Assembly: GCA_019634695.1 (NCBI GenBank)
Contig: JAHCAW010000010.1
Span: 22,355-86,354, forward strand
Origin: Candidatus Sumerlaeia bacterium
GTDB lineage: Bacteria > Sumerlaeota > Sumerlaeia > SLMS01 > JAHLLQ01
Length of the DNA stretch: 64,000 bases
Direction: 5' to 3'
Made by a program: the position numbers and the translations under genes. The notes beneath the pieces were generated by a model, which did not search any database, was not told the origin of the DNA, and saw only the letters and a list, made by a program, of their open reading frames with translations. Below, piece after piece: positions 1 to 9,400 of the stretch. Within the stretch, counting starts at the first letter, position 1; each line of letters starts with the position of its first letter.

Positions 1-219
1 CTTCTCCAGGCGCTTGTACCACAGCGCATAGCCGTTGCGGTCCCAGTAGAGCACCTTCAGCCGGTCGCCCGCGCGGTTGCGAAACAGGAACAGATGGCCC
101 GACAGCGGGTCCTCGCCCATCGCGCCCGCCACCATCGCCGACAGCCCGTCGAGCGATTTGCGCATGTCCGCCGGCGCCAGGCAGACGAAGATTCGGATCG
201 AGGGCGAGAGCGTCAGCAT
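1..219 (-). CDS. tnpB: IS66 family TnpB (orf2), first 73 codons; the 3' end is outside the window
   Basis: My own translation of the reverse complement of 219..1 gives MLTLSPSIRIFVCLAPADMRKSLDGLSAMVAGAMGEDPLSGHLFLFRNRAGDRLKVLYWDRNGYALWYKRLEK, the conserved IS66 Orf2 pattern. It is absent from the ORF track because it runs off the window. Confidence 0.85.
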   Translation of the reverse strand, partial: MLTLSPSIRIFVCLAPADMRKSLDGLSAMVAGAMGEDPLSGHLFLFRNRAGDRLKVLYWDRNGYALWYKRLEK

Positions 220-587
220 GCGCGCACCGCCTCGACCGCCGCGCGCACCAGCACCGCATCGGCGCGCGCGAACACCCGCACCCGCGCGCCGTCCGCCAGC
301 TCGACCTCGAGCACGGCCTCCTGCGTCCGCGCGTCGCGTGTCGATTCGCCCGTCGCCGACGCAACCACCAACTCGGCAAACCCCGCCGCCTCCTGGCCAC
401 CGTCAGAGAACCGCCTCTTCCACGACACGAACGCCGCGTACCCGACGCGCTCGCGGCGGCAAAACTCGGCCATCGACAACCCGCTGCGCTCCCACCGCCC
501 GACCAACGCCCTGCGTTCCAACCACATCGCTTCGCGCTTCGCAACCATCAGGACCGCTCTCCCGAAAGGAATGGAAAGCCGCCACAT
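213..587 (-). CDS. tnpA: IS66 family accessory protein TnpA (orf1, HTH)
   Basis: The 124-aa ORF contains RRALVGRWERSGLSMAEFCRRERVGYAAFVSWKRRF, a transposase-type HTH. It lies immediately upstream of tnpB and overlaps it. Confidence 0.8.
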   Translation of the reverse strand: MWRLSIPFGRAVLMVAKREAMWLERRALVGRWERSGLSMAEFCRRERVGYAAFVSWKRRFSDGGQEAAGFAELVVASATGESTRDARTQEAVLEVELADGARVRVFARADAVLVRAAVEAVRAC

Positions 588-635
588 CAGGCCGAAACGA
601 GCCCCAGGTCAACATGGGGCAGGCGGGACGCTTAC

Positions 636-1110
636 GCAAGTCCGCCGTATGATAACTCCCTTGCTGGTCGATTGCGGCGTAGAGCTTGAAGTGGATCTGG
701 TCGAATCTGGACACGAAGTGGACCGCGAGCCTCTCGCCGTACTCGCGTGTCGTCAGGCGTTCCTCGATGCCTTCCGGTAGCCCCATCTGGAACAGCCCGC
801 CTTCGCCGCTGCTTGGCCCATTGTTCAGCCAGTTCGCAGGGAGTGAAGCCCTCCTGGCCACCGTCGCGGCAGCGACCGCCAAGGGCATCGGAATCGGATC
901 GGGTCTCTCCAACCGACGAGTGTCCGGATTCATCAGGGCCAGTACATCCACATCCCGCGTCGTACGAGCATGCAGACCCAACACAGCCAGAGCAGAACCC
1001 CCGCAGACAACGAGTTCGTATCGAGGCGATCCCTGCACCAGCAGCGCGCCCGCCAAAAGGCTCAGGCGTTCCTCAATCAACTCCCCCGACATCGACTCGT
1101 AGCTTGCCAT
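636..1110 (-). pseudogene. Nucleotidyltransferase-fold (DUF6036-like) protein whose 3' end is replaced by the IS66 terminus
   Basis: From the ATG at 1110 the product reads MASYESMSGELIEE...YELVVCGGSALAVLGLHARTTRDVDVLAL...HFKLYAAIDQQGSYHTADL. The reading frame crosses the IS66 end at 635 and continues as junk to 403. Confidence 0.45.
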
Positions 1111-1358
1111 CGGCTTGCTCCGGCGAAAAATAGCGCTGTATTGCAGCGCTAATAGCGCGCTAATACGGCGCATAAACGCCCCCTGTCAACCCCGTTTTCC
1201 GCTGAATTGAAGGATGGCGACGGGCCCCAAAGACGCCTGTGGGAGCACCCAGACGCCGGTCATCGTACCATTTCCACTCGATTCCCGCCCGCGATCCCGG
1301 CGAGCCTCCAGCGAACCCTGCCCGGGCACTTGGCCCGTTTCCCGGAGTCGTCCCTCCT

Positions 1359-2990
1359 ATGACAGCCCTGATCTTCAAGCTTGTCGGCGGCATTGGCCTG
1401 TTCCTGATGGGGATGGTGCTGATGACCGATGGACTGAAGGCGTTTGCCGGCGACTCGTTGCGTCGGGCGCTTGTCCGGTTTACCGGCACGCCGTGGAAGG
1501 CGTTTGGCTCGGGGACGCTGGTGACGGCGCTCGTGCAGTCTTCGAGCGCGACGACGGTGACGGTGATCGGCTTCGTCAGCGCCGGGCTGCTCAGCTTCCC
1601 GCAGGCCGTCGGTGTCGTCATGGGCGCGAGCCTGGGAACGACGAGCACGGGCTGGGTGGTGGCGGGGCTAGGGCTGAAGGTCAGTGTCGGCTTCTACGCG
1701 CTGCCGCTGGTGGGGATCGGGGCCTTCATGCGGCTGCTGGCGCGGGGCCGTTGGCGGTCGTTCGGGATGGCGCTTGCCGGGTTCGGCCTGATCTTCATCG
1801 GGATCGAGACTTTGCAGGAGGCCATGCGCGGACTGTCGGGCGTGCTCAACCTTTCGGCCCTGCCCGCGGGGGGGCTCGTCGGCCATCTGCTGGCGATGAT
1901 CCTGGGGATCGTGCTGACTGTCGTGATGCAGTCATCGAGCGCGGCTGTGGCCACGACGCTCACCGCGCTGCACACCGGCACGATCAGCTTCGAGCAGGCC
2001 GCCTCACTCGTCATCGGCGCGGCGATCGGCACGACGGTCACCGGCGCGCTTGCCGCCATCGGCGGCAGCGTCCCCGCCAAGCGCACCGCTCTCGCCCACG
2101 TGTCGTTCAATCTTGCCACGGGCATCATCGCCGTCGGCCTGCTGCCGCTGTTCCTGCGCGGCATCGTCTGGGCGCAGCACCATCTTGGGCTCGATCCGGG
2201 TGCGATGAGTCTGGCCGCCTTCCACACTTCATTCATCGCCGTCGGCGTTCTGATCTTCCTGCCGTTTGCGACGCGCTTCGCCGGCCTGATCGAACGCGCG
2301 CTGCCGGACGAAGGGCCCGAACTCACGCGCCACCTCGACGACACGCTGCTGCAAACGCCGGCCGTTGCGCTCGAGGCGACCCGACGCGCGCTGGCCGGCA
2401 CCGCCGGACAGGTGCTCGACAGCCTGCACGCCACGCTGGGCGACCCGCGCAAGGAACCCGACGAGGCGGGCATTGAGGAGCTGCGGCGTGCGCTCGAGCA
2501 GATCCAGCAATTCTTCGCCCGCGTTCCCGGCTACGGCGACCATGAACCGCTCTCCCAGATCCGCGTGTCCCAGATGCACGCCATCGACCACCTTGCCCGG
2601 CTGCACAAACGCCTGAATCCCCCCGCCAGCCTGCGGCACGTCTTCGACGATCCGCGGCTGCTGCCGGCGCTGAAGCTCGGACGCGAGATTCTGGCGCTCG
2701 GCTCGGCGGGACTGGGCGGGCGCGAGACGCCGGACTGGCGCACGCGCCTCGACACGATGGCCGACGAGCTCGCGGAACTGCGGCGCCAACAGCGCCCGAC
2801 CATCCTCGAGGGCACCGCCGCGGGGGCCGCGTCGCCGGCCCACACGCTCGAGTTGCTCGACGCCATCCGATGGCTCGACGTCGTGGCCTATCACACGCGC
2901 CGCCTCGCCAACTATCTGGGAGACAACGGAAGCGCGCCCGCCGCGCCCCCCACCGCCCACGAGCCAAACGACGCGGACGAAGAGAACTGA
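1359..2990 (+). CDS. Na/Pi cotransporter family protein with a PhoU-like C-terminal region
   Basis: The ATG at 1359 gives MTALIFKLVGGIGLFLMGM. The Na/Pi cotransporter motif is duplicated (LVTALVQSSSATT and LTVVMQSSSAAV), and the tail is helical. Confidence 0.85.
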   Translation: MTALIFKLVGGIGLFLMGMVLMTDGLKAFAGDSLRRALVRFTGTPWKAFGSGTLVTALVQSSSATTVTVIGFVSAGLLSFPQAVGVVMGASLGTTSTGWVVAGLGLKVSVGFYALPLVGIGAFMRLLARGRWRSFGMALAGFGLIFIGIETLQEAMRGLSGVLNLSALPAGGLVGHLLAMILGIVLTVVMQSSSAAVATTLTALHTGTISFEQAASLVIGAAIGTTVTGALAAIGGSVPAKRTALAHVSFNLATGIIAVGLLPLFLRGIVWAQHHLGLDPGAMSLAAFHTSFIAVGVLIFLPFATRFAGLIERALPDEGPELTRHLDDTLLQTPAVALEATRRALAGTAGQVLDSLHATLGDPRKEPDEAGIEELRRALEQIQQFFARVPGYGDHEPLSQIRVSQMHAIDHLARLHKRLNPPASLRHVFDDPRLLPALKLGREILALGSAGLGGRETPDWRTRLDTMADELAELRRQQRPTILEGTAAGAASPAHTLELLDAIRWLDVVAYHTRRLANYLGDNGSAPAAPPTAHEPNDADEEN

Positions 2991-3143
2991 CCGCCACGGC
3001 GGCGGCGTGAGTGCTGGCGTGCCGGCGTGGGTGCGTTTTCACGCCCCTATTGGAATAAAGTAAACCGTTTTGCTAAATCGCCTTGACAAACCGCTGCCCG
3101 CCACCTGAGATCGTGGCAGTCTCATTCACAGGAGGGACTTCGC

Positions 3144-4208
3144 ATGCGGGTTTCCCATTTCACCATCGCCACACTTCTTTCGACCGCACTTTCCGTGGGG
3201 GCGTCGGCGCAGACGCTGACGTTCGTCGGCCACATCGACACCGGCGGCTTGGAAGTCACGCCGGTCGGCATCACGGCCGATGGCTCCGGCAATGCCTACG
3301 TCGCCGGGTTCTCACAGCGGCGCGTGCTCAAGATCGCGGGCTTCAACGGCGGAACGCCCGTCGCCTCGGTCCTGACGACGACGAACGCGACCGACACGCC
3401 GGCCGGTCCCATCGCATGGATCACCGACACCGGCCTGTTCACCGCGGACTTCAAGGCGCCGAATCGCCTCGTCGTCGCCGGCGACACGTTCGACGGAACG
3501 AACGGCGGCGCAGCGATCATCATCGACACCGACACCGGCACGATCCTCGGCAACAGCGCCGGCGTGATTCCCACCGGCGAGACGACCCCGTTCCGGCACG
3601 CAGGCGCCGCATGGTACGGTCCAAACAACCTGGTCATGCAGTTCCAGGCGGGCTCGAACTACTGGTTTGCGCCCAACGGCGACTTCGCGACGGCGTCCTT
3701 CTACGGAGGCCCGGCGCCGGGCGCCTCGCGCGACCTGGCTGTCGATGCCGCCGGAACGATCTACGTCAGCCGCAACAACAAGTGGGTTGGCGACGGCACC
3801 GAGGTCTCGATCCATCGGATCATCGACACCGGCAGCGACTTCGTGCTGGCCGGCAACAGCAACGAGGCGAACTGGTTCACCACGACCGTCGCGAACAGCG
3901 GTTCGGCCCAGGGCATTGCGGTCGGCACGATCGATGGTGTCGAGTCGGTGCTGCTCTGCCTGCGCGAGAGCGGAAAGATTCTGCGCATTCCAACAACCGC
4001 GGCGACCGTGGCGCCCGCCACGCCGGTCGAGATCACGCACGTCGAGATCGAGTTCCCGGCCGACGTCACCGTTGCCACCGTCGGCAGCGAGCAGTTCCTG
4101 CTCGTGACCCAGTACGGGCGCAGCAGCGCCCCCACCTCCTGCGTCACCGTCTTCAGCCTTGGCAGCATCGCGGGCATGACGCCGGCCACCTGGCAGGCGT
4201 ACGACTGA
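3144..4208 (+). CDS. Secreted hypothetical protein, beta-propeller-like
   Basis: An AGGAGGG RBS sits 7 nt upstream. The signal peptide is MRVSHFTIATLLSTALSVGASAQ, and there are repeated strand motifs (GNAYVAGF, GTIYVSRN). No catalytic motif was recognised. Confidence 0.6.
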   Translation: MRVSHFTIATLLSTALSVGASAQTLTFVGHIDTGGLEVTPVGITADGSGNAYVAGFSQRRVLKIAGFNGGTPVASVLTTTNATDTPAGPIAWITDTGLFTADFKAPNRLVVAGDTFDGTNGGAAIIIDTDTGTILGNSAGVIPTGETTPFRHAGAAWYGPNNLVMQFQAGSNYWFAPNGDFATASFYGGPAPGASRDLAVDAAGTIYVSRNNKWVGDGTEVSIHRIIDTGSDFVLAGNSNEANWFTTTVANSGSAQGIAVGTIDGVESVLLCLRESGKILRIPTTAATVAPATPVEITHVEIEFPADVTVATVGSEQFLLVTQYGRSSAPTSCVTVFSLGSIAGMTPATWQAYD

Positions 4209-4233
4209 TCCTGACAACTGCCGCTGAACGCGC

Positions 4234-4266
4234 GATGCGCCCCGTGCCGGAAGCACGGGGCGCATC
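4234..4266. terminator. Bidirectional intrinsic terminator hairpin between convergent genes
   Basis: There is a perfect 14-bp stem, GATGCGCCCCGTGC / GCACGGGGCGCATC, with the loop CGGAA, followed by GTCTTTCG. It lies between the stops at 4208 (+) and 4296 (-). Confidence 0.7.
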
Positions 4267-4295
4267 GTCTTTCGAGCCACAAGCCTTGCCGCGGC

Positions 4296-6461
4296 TTACT
4301 TCAACGTGAAGGCCGTGTAGAGTGTCGGGATGTTGCCGCCGGAGGCCGCCAGCACGCCGGTCCATCCGCTGGTGTCACCGGTGCAGTTGACCACTGCGGA
4401 GCCGGCCGCCGGGTCGCCGATCGCCAGCGGCACGCCCGCCGCGGTCGCGAAATTGCTGGTCGAGGCCCGCAGCACCGTGCCCGAGTTGACCGACAGAGCA
4501 AAGCACTGGGCGACGTTGCTCATGCCCAGAATGCCGAACGTGGCCGGGGCGAAGGACAGGCCGCCGAGGCCGCTGATATCGCTCAAGCCGAGGAACTCCG
4601 TCGTGGCGCTCGTGCCGGTCGACGTGATCGTGCCCGTCACGTAGCCCCGCGAGAACGCGGTCTGCGCGCCATAGGAGGAGATCGTCACGTTGCCCAGGAT
4701 TTCGAATCCATTGAGCGAGGCGGTCTGCGTGGCCGGCAGCGCCACGTTCAGCAGCGTGCCCGCCGTGCCCGAGCGCCGCAGCGCGACGTCGCGCAGACGT
4801 GCGCCGCCTTGGATGTCGACCAGCACGTTGGTGGCCGGTGCGGCCGAGCCGTTGATATTCAGGTTCGCGATCGTCGCGCCGGAGGTGGGCGCCGTAATCA
4901 GGATGCCCGGATCGGCCGCGACGTTCAGATGCGTCGTCAGAGCGCCGAAGCCAACGATGTCGACGCCGACGGTATCCATGACAAGCTGGCCGGCGATCGA
5001 GTGCTGGCCCGGCGTCAGGATGATGGCGACGCGATTGAAGAAGCTGCCGCCGATGGTCTTGGCGTCGGCATAGGCCGTCAGCAGGTTGTCGTACGGGTGC
5101 GCGAGCGAGCCGTCCGGCGTGGCGGACCCGGATCCGGCGGGCACCACCCACCAGGTGCGCGTCACGTTGCCAAAGGCGCTGTCGACGTAGCTCTTCGTCG
5201 CCAGATCGCCGGGCGCGGTCGGCGTCAGGACGCTCTGCGTGGCCTTGCCCGTGATGGCGACGTCGCCTTGGAGGGCCGACGGGCCGATGGCCACGAGGGC
5301 GTTGCCGGCGGCGCCGCCCTTGTCGGCCAGCAACGCCACACCGGTCGGGATGTTGTTGAAGGCGTAGAGGCCGGTGCCGGCCGCGCTGAGGTTCGGCGCG
5401 ATCAGTCCGGGCAGGGCGAATGGATCGGCGTTGGCGGCCGCAAGGACACCGACGTTGGCAGAAACCGAGCCGCCGCCGATGCCGACAAGACCGGTGGCCG
5501 GGCCAAGGGTCGGGCCCGCGCTGAGTGAGGCGGCGAACGCACCAATGGTCGTCGCCGCGCCGGTCGTCGAGTTGTCGACTCCGAAGCGTCCACCGATGAG
5601 CGTCTGCGCCGCGGTCAGCGTCGCGCCGCTCTCGGCCTCGGCGTCGGCGCTGACGCCGGTGATCAACAGCGCGCCGGTCGTCGAACTGCTGAGAAGTTTG
5701 CCGATGAAGTAGCCGCCGGCGAGCGTCGTGTTCACGCCACCCTGACCGTTGGCCACGCCGACGACGCCCTGAATCTGACGACTGGTCAACGGAGCCGGCG
5801 GTGCACCGCCTGGCTCCGCGGTGCCGGTCTGCGTGATGGCTCCGCGCGTTCCGATCGCGCGCCAGGCGTCGGCGTGGTTCGTGCCGATGACGCTAAACGC
5901 GGCACCGGTCGTGCCGCTGGCAGAGGTGCTGACGCCTGTGGCGTCGACGCGCTGAATCGCCGTGAAGGTCTTGGCGCCGGCGATGGTCTGCGCACCGGCA
6001 AGGGTGACGAAGGCGGAGCTGTCGAGGCCGTCAAGCCGGTCAGCATTGAGCGCCGTTGGGGCGGGGACGATCTTCTGGCGCGGGGCCAACGTTTCGGGGC
6101 CTCCCCCGCTGTCGATGGTGATCTCGATGTAGACGTCGTTGTTGAGGTCGCCGACGGCCAGGCTGGCGGTCGGCACGGTCAGGTTCACGAAGCCACGAGA
6201 ATTCAGCAGATTCAGCCCGCTGAAGGACTGTGTCGTGCCAAGCTGGGTGCCGGCCACGGGGGCATCCCAGAACGAGACGTCCACGTCGACGCTGGTGGCG
6301 GTGATGGGCTGGCCGATCGGGTCGGTCAGGTAGGCCTGGTAGGAGAATTCCTGCGGGATGGCGGCCGGGGCCCAGACGGTCGTGGCGCACAGGCCCACCG
6401 CCAGGATGCTCGCCACCAAAGGGTGGCTCCAGCCAGAACGCCGCTTGTCCGAACGCCTCAT
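4296..6461 (-). CDS. Large secreted Gly/Ala/Thr-rich protein with phage tail-fibre-like motifs
   Basis: The ATG at 6461 follows AAAGGA. The signal/TM segment is WSHPLVASILAVGLCATTVWA. Motifs include NADRLDGLDSSAFVTLAGAQTIAGAKTFT and DLATKSYVDSAF, and the C-terminal part is beta-helix-like. Confidence 0.6.
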   Translation of the reverse strand: MRRSDKRRSGWSHPLVASILAVGLCATTVWAPAAIPQEFSYQAYLTDPIGQPITATSVDVDVSFWDAPVAGTQLGTTQSFSGLNLLNSRGFVNLTVPTASLAVGDLNNDVYIEITIDSGGGPETLAPRQKIVPAPTALNADRLDGLDSSAFVTLAGAQTIAGAKTFTAIQRVDATGVSTSASGTTGAAFSVIGTNHADAWRAIGTRGAITQTGTAEPGGAPPAPLTSRQIQGVVGVANGQGGVNTTLAGGYFIGKLLSSSTTGALLITGVSADAEAESGATLTAAQTLIGGRFGVDNSTTGAATTIGAFAASLSAGPTLGPATGLVGIGGGSVSANVGVLAAANADPFALPGLIAPNLSAAGTGLYAFNNIPTGVALLADKGGAAGNALVAIGPSALQGDVAITGKATQSVLTPTAPGDLATKSYVDSAFGNVTRTWWVVPAGSGSATPDGSLAHPYDNLLTAYADAKTIGGSFFNRVAIILTPGQHSIAGQLVMDTVGVDIVGFGALTTHLNVAADPGILITAPTSGATIANLNINGSAAPATNVLVDIQGGARLRDVALRRSGTAGTLLNVALPATQTASLNGFEILGNVTISSYGAQTAFSRGYVTGTITSTGTSATTEFLGLSDISGLGGLSFAPATFGILGMSNVAQCFALSVNSGTVLRASTSNFATAAGVPLAIGDPAAGSAVVNCTGDTSGWTGVLAASGGNIPTLYTAFTLK

Positions 6462-6650
6462 GATCCGTAATCCTTTCGCTATCCGATTGTCGCCGATTTC
6501 ATACACCATGGCCCGTGCTGGCTGCCCGTGGCGCCCTTCGGGTTCCATGTTTCATGCTCCCGTGTGCCAAGGTCTTCTGCCCCATCGGGGCACCCTGACG
6601 CAAGGCCACTTGCCCCGTCCGGGGGCGATTCGCTGCCTTCCAGCTCCAAG

Positions 6651-7679
6651 TTATGGGACAGCCGGGGGCCGACTGTCACGTCCAGAAACGGGGGCGGGGG
6701 CAGATTCCGGGGCCGGATGCAGGGTCAGCAGGGCGATTTCCGGGCGGCAGTTCCAGCGCACGTGCAGGGCGCTGGTGCCGACCCCGCGGCTGACGTAGAC
6801 CGTCGTGTGCGGGGCGGCGACGATGCCGCTGGAGTACTGAGCCGCCCCGCCGTTGAACAGGGCGATCGGACGTCGGAATGGGCGCACCTGGCCGCCGTGC
6901 GTGTGGCCGCTGAGTTGGAGGGCAACTTGGTGCTCGGGGCGGATCAACTCGGCCACCAACGGGTTATGGGACAGCAGGATGCGGGGAAGGTCGGCCGGCG
7001 CGGTGCCCAGCGCCCGGGCCGGGTCCACGAGGCCCTCCTGCAAGTCGCCCACGCCGGCGACCACCAACCCGGTGGGCTCGCGCCGCGGCGTCAGGAGCAA
7101 TCCGCGCTGGCGGGTGGGCCGGACAACGACATGTCGATTCTCCAGCAGGCGCACCCCGGCGCGATCGCAGGCGCGCTCCATCATGTCCAGCGAGCAGCGG
7201 TAGTCATGGTTCCCCCGGGTGGCGAGCACCCCGTCGGGTGCGCGCAGGTGGCGCAGGATGTCGAAGCAGCCCCAGAGCCGCTCGGGATTGTGCGTGACGA
7301 AGTCGCCGGTCACGACGACCAGGTCGGGGTCCAGTCCATTGGCGAGTTCGACGACGCGCTGGAGGAATCCCCGGCCGGCGATGAGGTTGTGGTGCAGGTC
7401 GCTGAGGTGCACGATGCGATAGCCATCCAGCCCGACCGGCAGGCCCGGAATGGCGAACTCGATGTGCGTGCGCTCGATCCAGCGCGGTTCGATCAGCGCG
7501 GCATATCCGACGCCGGCGCCGATGCCCTTGAGGAGGCGGGTGCCCTGCGCGCGCAGCGTGTGGCGGCCGGCCAGATGCACGTGCACCCGCGTGACAAGCT
7601 GCGACGTGGCCGCACGCCACCGGGATCGCAGATAAGGCGAGGAGGCGAAAGCACCGTCGGCATTGGACGAGACGGACAT
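6651..7679 (-). CDS. Metallophosphoesterase (YaeI-like)
   Basis: Motifs found are HLSDLHHN, VVVTGDFV, TRGNHD and LSGHTHGGQ. A GAGG RBS precedes the ATG at 7679. Confidence 0.85.
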   Translation of the reverse strand: MSVSSNADGAFASSPYLRSRWRAATSQLVTRVHVHLAGRHTLRAQGTRLLKGIGAGVGYAALIEPRWIERTHIEFAIPGLPVGLDGYRIVHLSDLHHNLIAGRGFLQRVVELANGLDPDLVVVTGDFVTHNPERLWGCFDILRHLRAPDGVLATRGNHDYRCSLDMMERACDRAGVRLLENRHVVVRPTRQRGLLLTPRREPTGLVVAGVGDLQEGLVDPARALGTAPADLPRILLSHNPLVAELIRPEHQVALQLSGHTHGGQVRPFRRPIALFNGGAAQYSSGIVAAPHTTVYVSRGVGTSALHVRWNCRPEIALLTLHPAPESAPAPVSGRDSRPPAVP

Positions 7680-7686
7680 CGGAACC

Positions 7687-8118
7687 TCAGGATGTACCCT
7701 GCCCGAGCGCGCGCAGACGCGCCGCGGTGGGCTCGTCGACGAGCGACAGCAGGATCCCCACCGAGCAATCCCCGCGCCGCGCGTGCGCGTTATCGCCCTC
7801 GGGAGTGAAGCCGATCCAGACGATGTCGCCCTCGATTCGGATCGGACCGTTCTCGTCGCGCAACTCGGCGGTCACGCCGATCGCGCCGCCCTTGTCGATA
7901 TGGCGACACCACTTCTCGTAGCGGTCGGTCTCGAAGCCGGGGATCACCACGCGCAGCCCGTTGGCCGTGATGTTGATCGTCGTGCCCGACAGCGGCGCGG
8001 GCAGCATCGTCCACGCAGGCGTGCGCGGTTCGAGCGCGCAGTCGCTCAGGACGGGCAGGCGCACCTCGCGGCGATTCTCGCCCGTGTCAATCTCGCTCGC
8101 CGGGGTATCGGGGGTCAT
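7687..8118 (-). CDS. PilZ-domain-like small protein
   Basis: From the ATG at 8118 the product reads MTPDTPASEIDTGENRREVRLPV...GLRVVIPGF...GDIVWIGF. The RxxxR-like N-terminus and beta-barrel pattern resemble PilZ, but the call rests on pattern only. Confidence 0.5.
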   Translation of the reverse strand: MTPDTPASEIDTGENRREVRLPVLSDCALEPRTPAWTMLPAPLSGTTINITANGLRVVIPGFETDRYEKWCRHIDKGGAIGVTAELRDENGPIRIEGDIVWIGFTPEGDNAHARRGDCSVGILLSLVDEPTAARLRALGQGTS

Positions 8119-8125
8119 GGGGCCA

Positions 8126-9181
8126 TCACTCCGTTGCAGGGGCACCGACGGGCGGAGCGTCGGATTCGGGATCGGCCGATGCCGCGGGGGCGCCGGCGTA
8201 CAGGTACGACTCGAACATCTTGTTGTAAGGCGTCCAGGGTTCCCCCCGGGCCTGCGCTTCCGCCACCGCGCCCGCGAAGCTCGACAGGTACGCGTCCGCA
8301 TAGTCGGCGTAGTGCAGGATCAGCGCCTCGCGCGTCTTTGGCAACGTCGGCGAGCCGTACTCCAGCTTGCCGTGATGGCTGAGCACCAGATGCAGGATCT
8401 GCAAGCGCAGCGGCTCCGGAAACCCGACGCCGGACTCGCGCTGCATCGTGCGGATGGCGCTGTCCACCATCGAGCAGCCGATGGCAATGTGACCCACCAG
8501 TCGGCCCTCGTCGGAGTAGCTGATCGCGCGCTTCCAATCGAACTCGCGAATCTTGCCCACGTCGTGCAGCAACCCGCCGGTCAGCAGCACGTCGTAGTCC
8601 ACCGGTTCGTACTGCGGCGCCATGCGCAGGGCGTTCGTCATGACGTTGAGTGTGTGCTCGAGCAGACCGCCGACATAGGCTTGGTGAATCCTCACGGCGG
8701 CGGGCGCGGTGCAGAACAACTCGCGAAAGCGCGCGTGCCCGAAGAAACGGTCAAGCAGGCGCCGGCAATCGGGCTGGCGCACGCGCCCGATCAGCTCGTC
8801 GAGCGCCCGCTCCATCTCGGCCCTCGGGCGCGGACTCACCGCCAGGAAGTCCGCGAAGTTCACTTCCGCGTCGGCCAGCCGTTCGATCCGCCGCAGGGTC
8901 AGTTGCACGTTGCCCCGATACTCGGCCGCCTGAGCCTCGACGCGCACAAACTGATCCGCCTGGATCGCCCCCGTCTCCAGCAGGGCGTGATTGTCCCACA
9001 TCACCGCGTTGACGGAACCCGTGGCATCGCCCAATACAAGGGAGAAGAACGGGTCGCCGTTCTTCTTCGACCGCCGCTCGAGACTTGCCAGATGATAGGA
9101 CGAATCGACGCTGTCGCCGGGACGCAGGTCCCGGCACGGCATCCGCGGAATCACCGCCGCATCGGTCGAAATCGACGACAT
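8126..9181 (-). CDS. YhaM-like 3'-5' exoribonuclease (OB-fold plus HD domain)
   Basis: The ATG at 9181 gives MSSISTDAAVIP. An OB-fold part (FFSLVLGDATGSVNAVMWD) is followed by HD-domain motifs (GGLLEHTL, LLHDVGK, ILHLVLSHHGK). This is the C-terminal part of the artefactual 1,553-aa ORF. Confidence 0.8.
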   Translation of the reverse strand: MSSISTDAAVIPRMPCRDLRPGDSVDSSYHLASLERRSKKNGDPFFSLVLGDATGSVNAVMWDNHALLETGAIQADQFVRVEAQAAEYRGNVQLTLRRIERLADAEVNFADFLAVSPRPRAEMERALDELIGRVRQPDCRRLLDRFFGHARFRELFCTAPAAVRIHQAYVGGLLEHTLNVMTNALRMAPQYEPVDYDVLLTGGLLHDVGKIREFDWKRAISYSDEGRLVGHIAIGCSMVDSAIRTMQRESGVGFPEPLRLQILHLVLSHHGKLEYGSPTLPKTREALILHYADYADAYLSSFAGAVAEAQARGEPWTPYNKMFESYLYAGAPAASADPESDAPPVGAPATE

Positions 9182-9324
9182 ACGCACCCCTGTGCCCGGT
9201 ACATGACCACCCCATCCGCCTCCGGGAGCAGCGTCCCCCGGTGGACGGCGGGGCTCAAGCGCAACGTTCCCCCCCGGCGGGGCCCGGGATGGGGGACGGG
9301 GGAGGCGGTCACTTTTCATTTGAC

Positions 9325-9350
9325 AACGACCGTTTTCTAAACGACCGTTT
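9325..9350. promoter_or_regulatory. Two tandem copies of the palindromic 10-mer AACGACCGTT (candidate operator) in a divergent promoter region
   Basis: The copies lie at 9325-9334 and 9340-9349, each AACG-AC-CGTT, 15 bp apart. The first abuts a TTGACA at 9320-9325. They sit in the only AT-richer patch between the divergent starts at 9181 (-) and 9401 (+). Confidence 0.4.
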
Positions 9351-9400
9351 ACCAAAACCGGGCGGCGCCTGTCGCCCCCCACCCCGCAAGGAGACCTGCC

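Larger units (their letters stand above)
1..635 (-). mobile_element. IS66-family insertion sequence, one end only; the rest lies beyond the window start
   Basis: Read on the minus strand, the sequence from 635 begins GTAAGCGTCCCGCCTGCCCC, an IS66-type GTAAGCG terminal repeat. It is followed by orf1 (587->213) and orf2/tnpB (219->1) in the canonical IS66 order, with an ATGCTGA start/stop overlap. Confidence 0.8.

Noticed and set aside
3061-3090. AAACCGTTTTGCTAAA upstream of the 3144 gene, considered as another copy of the 9325-9350 operator
   Set aside because: It shares only ACCGTTTT-CTAAA with the 9.3-kb site and lacks the AACG-NN-CGTT dyad. The similarity could be chance in AT-rich promoter DNA. 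TTGACA at 3085 may still be a -35 element, but I cannot support a full promoter call.
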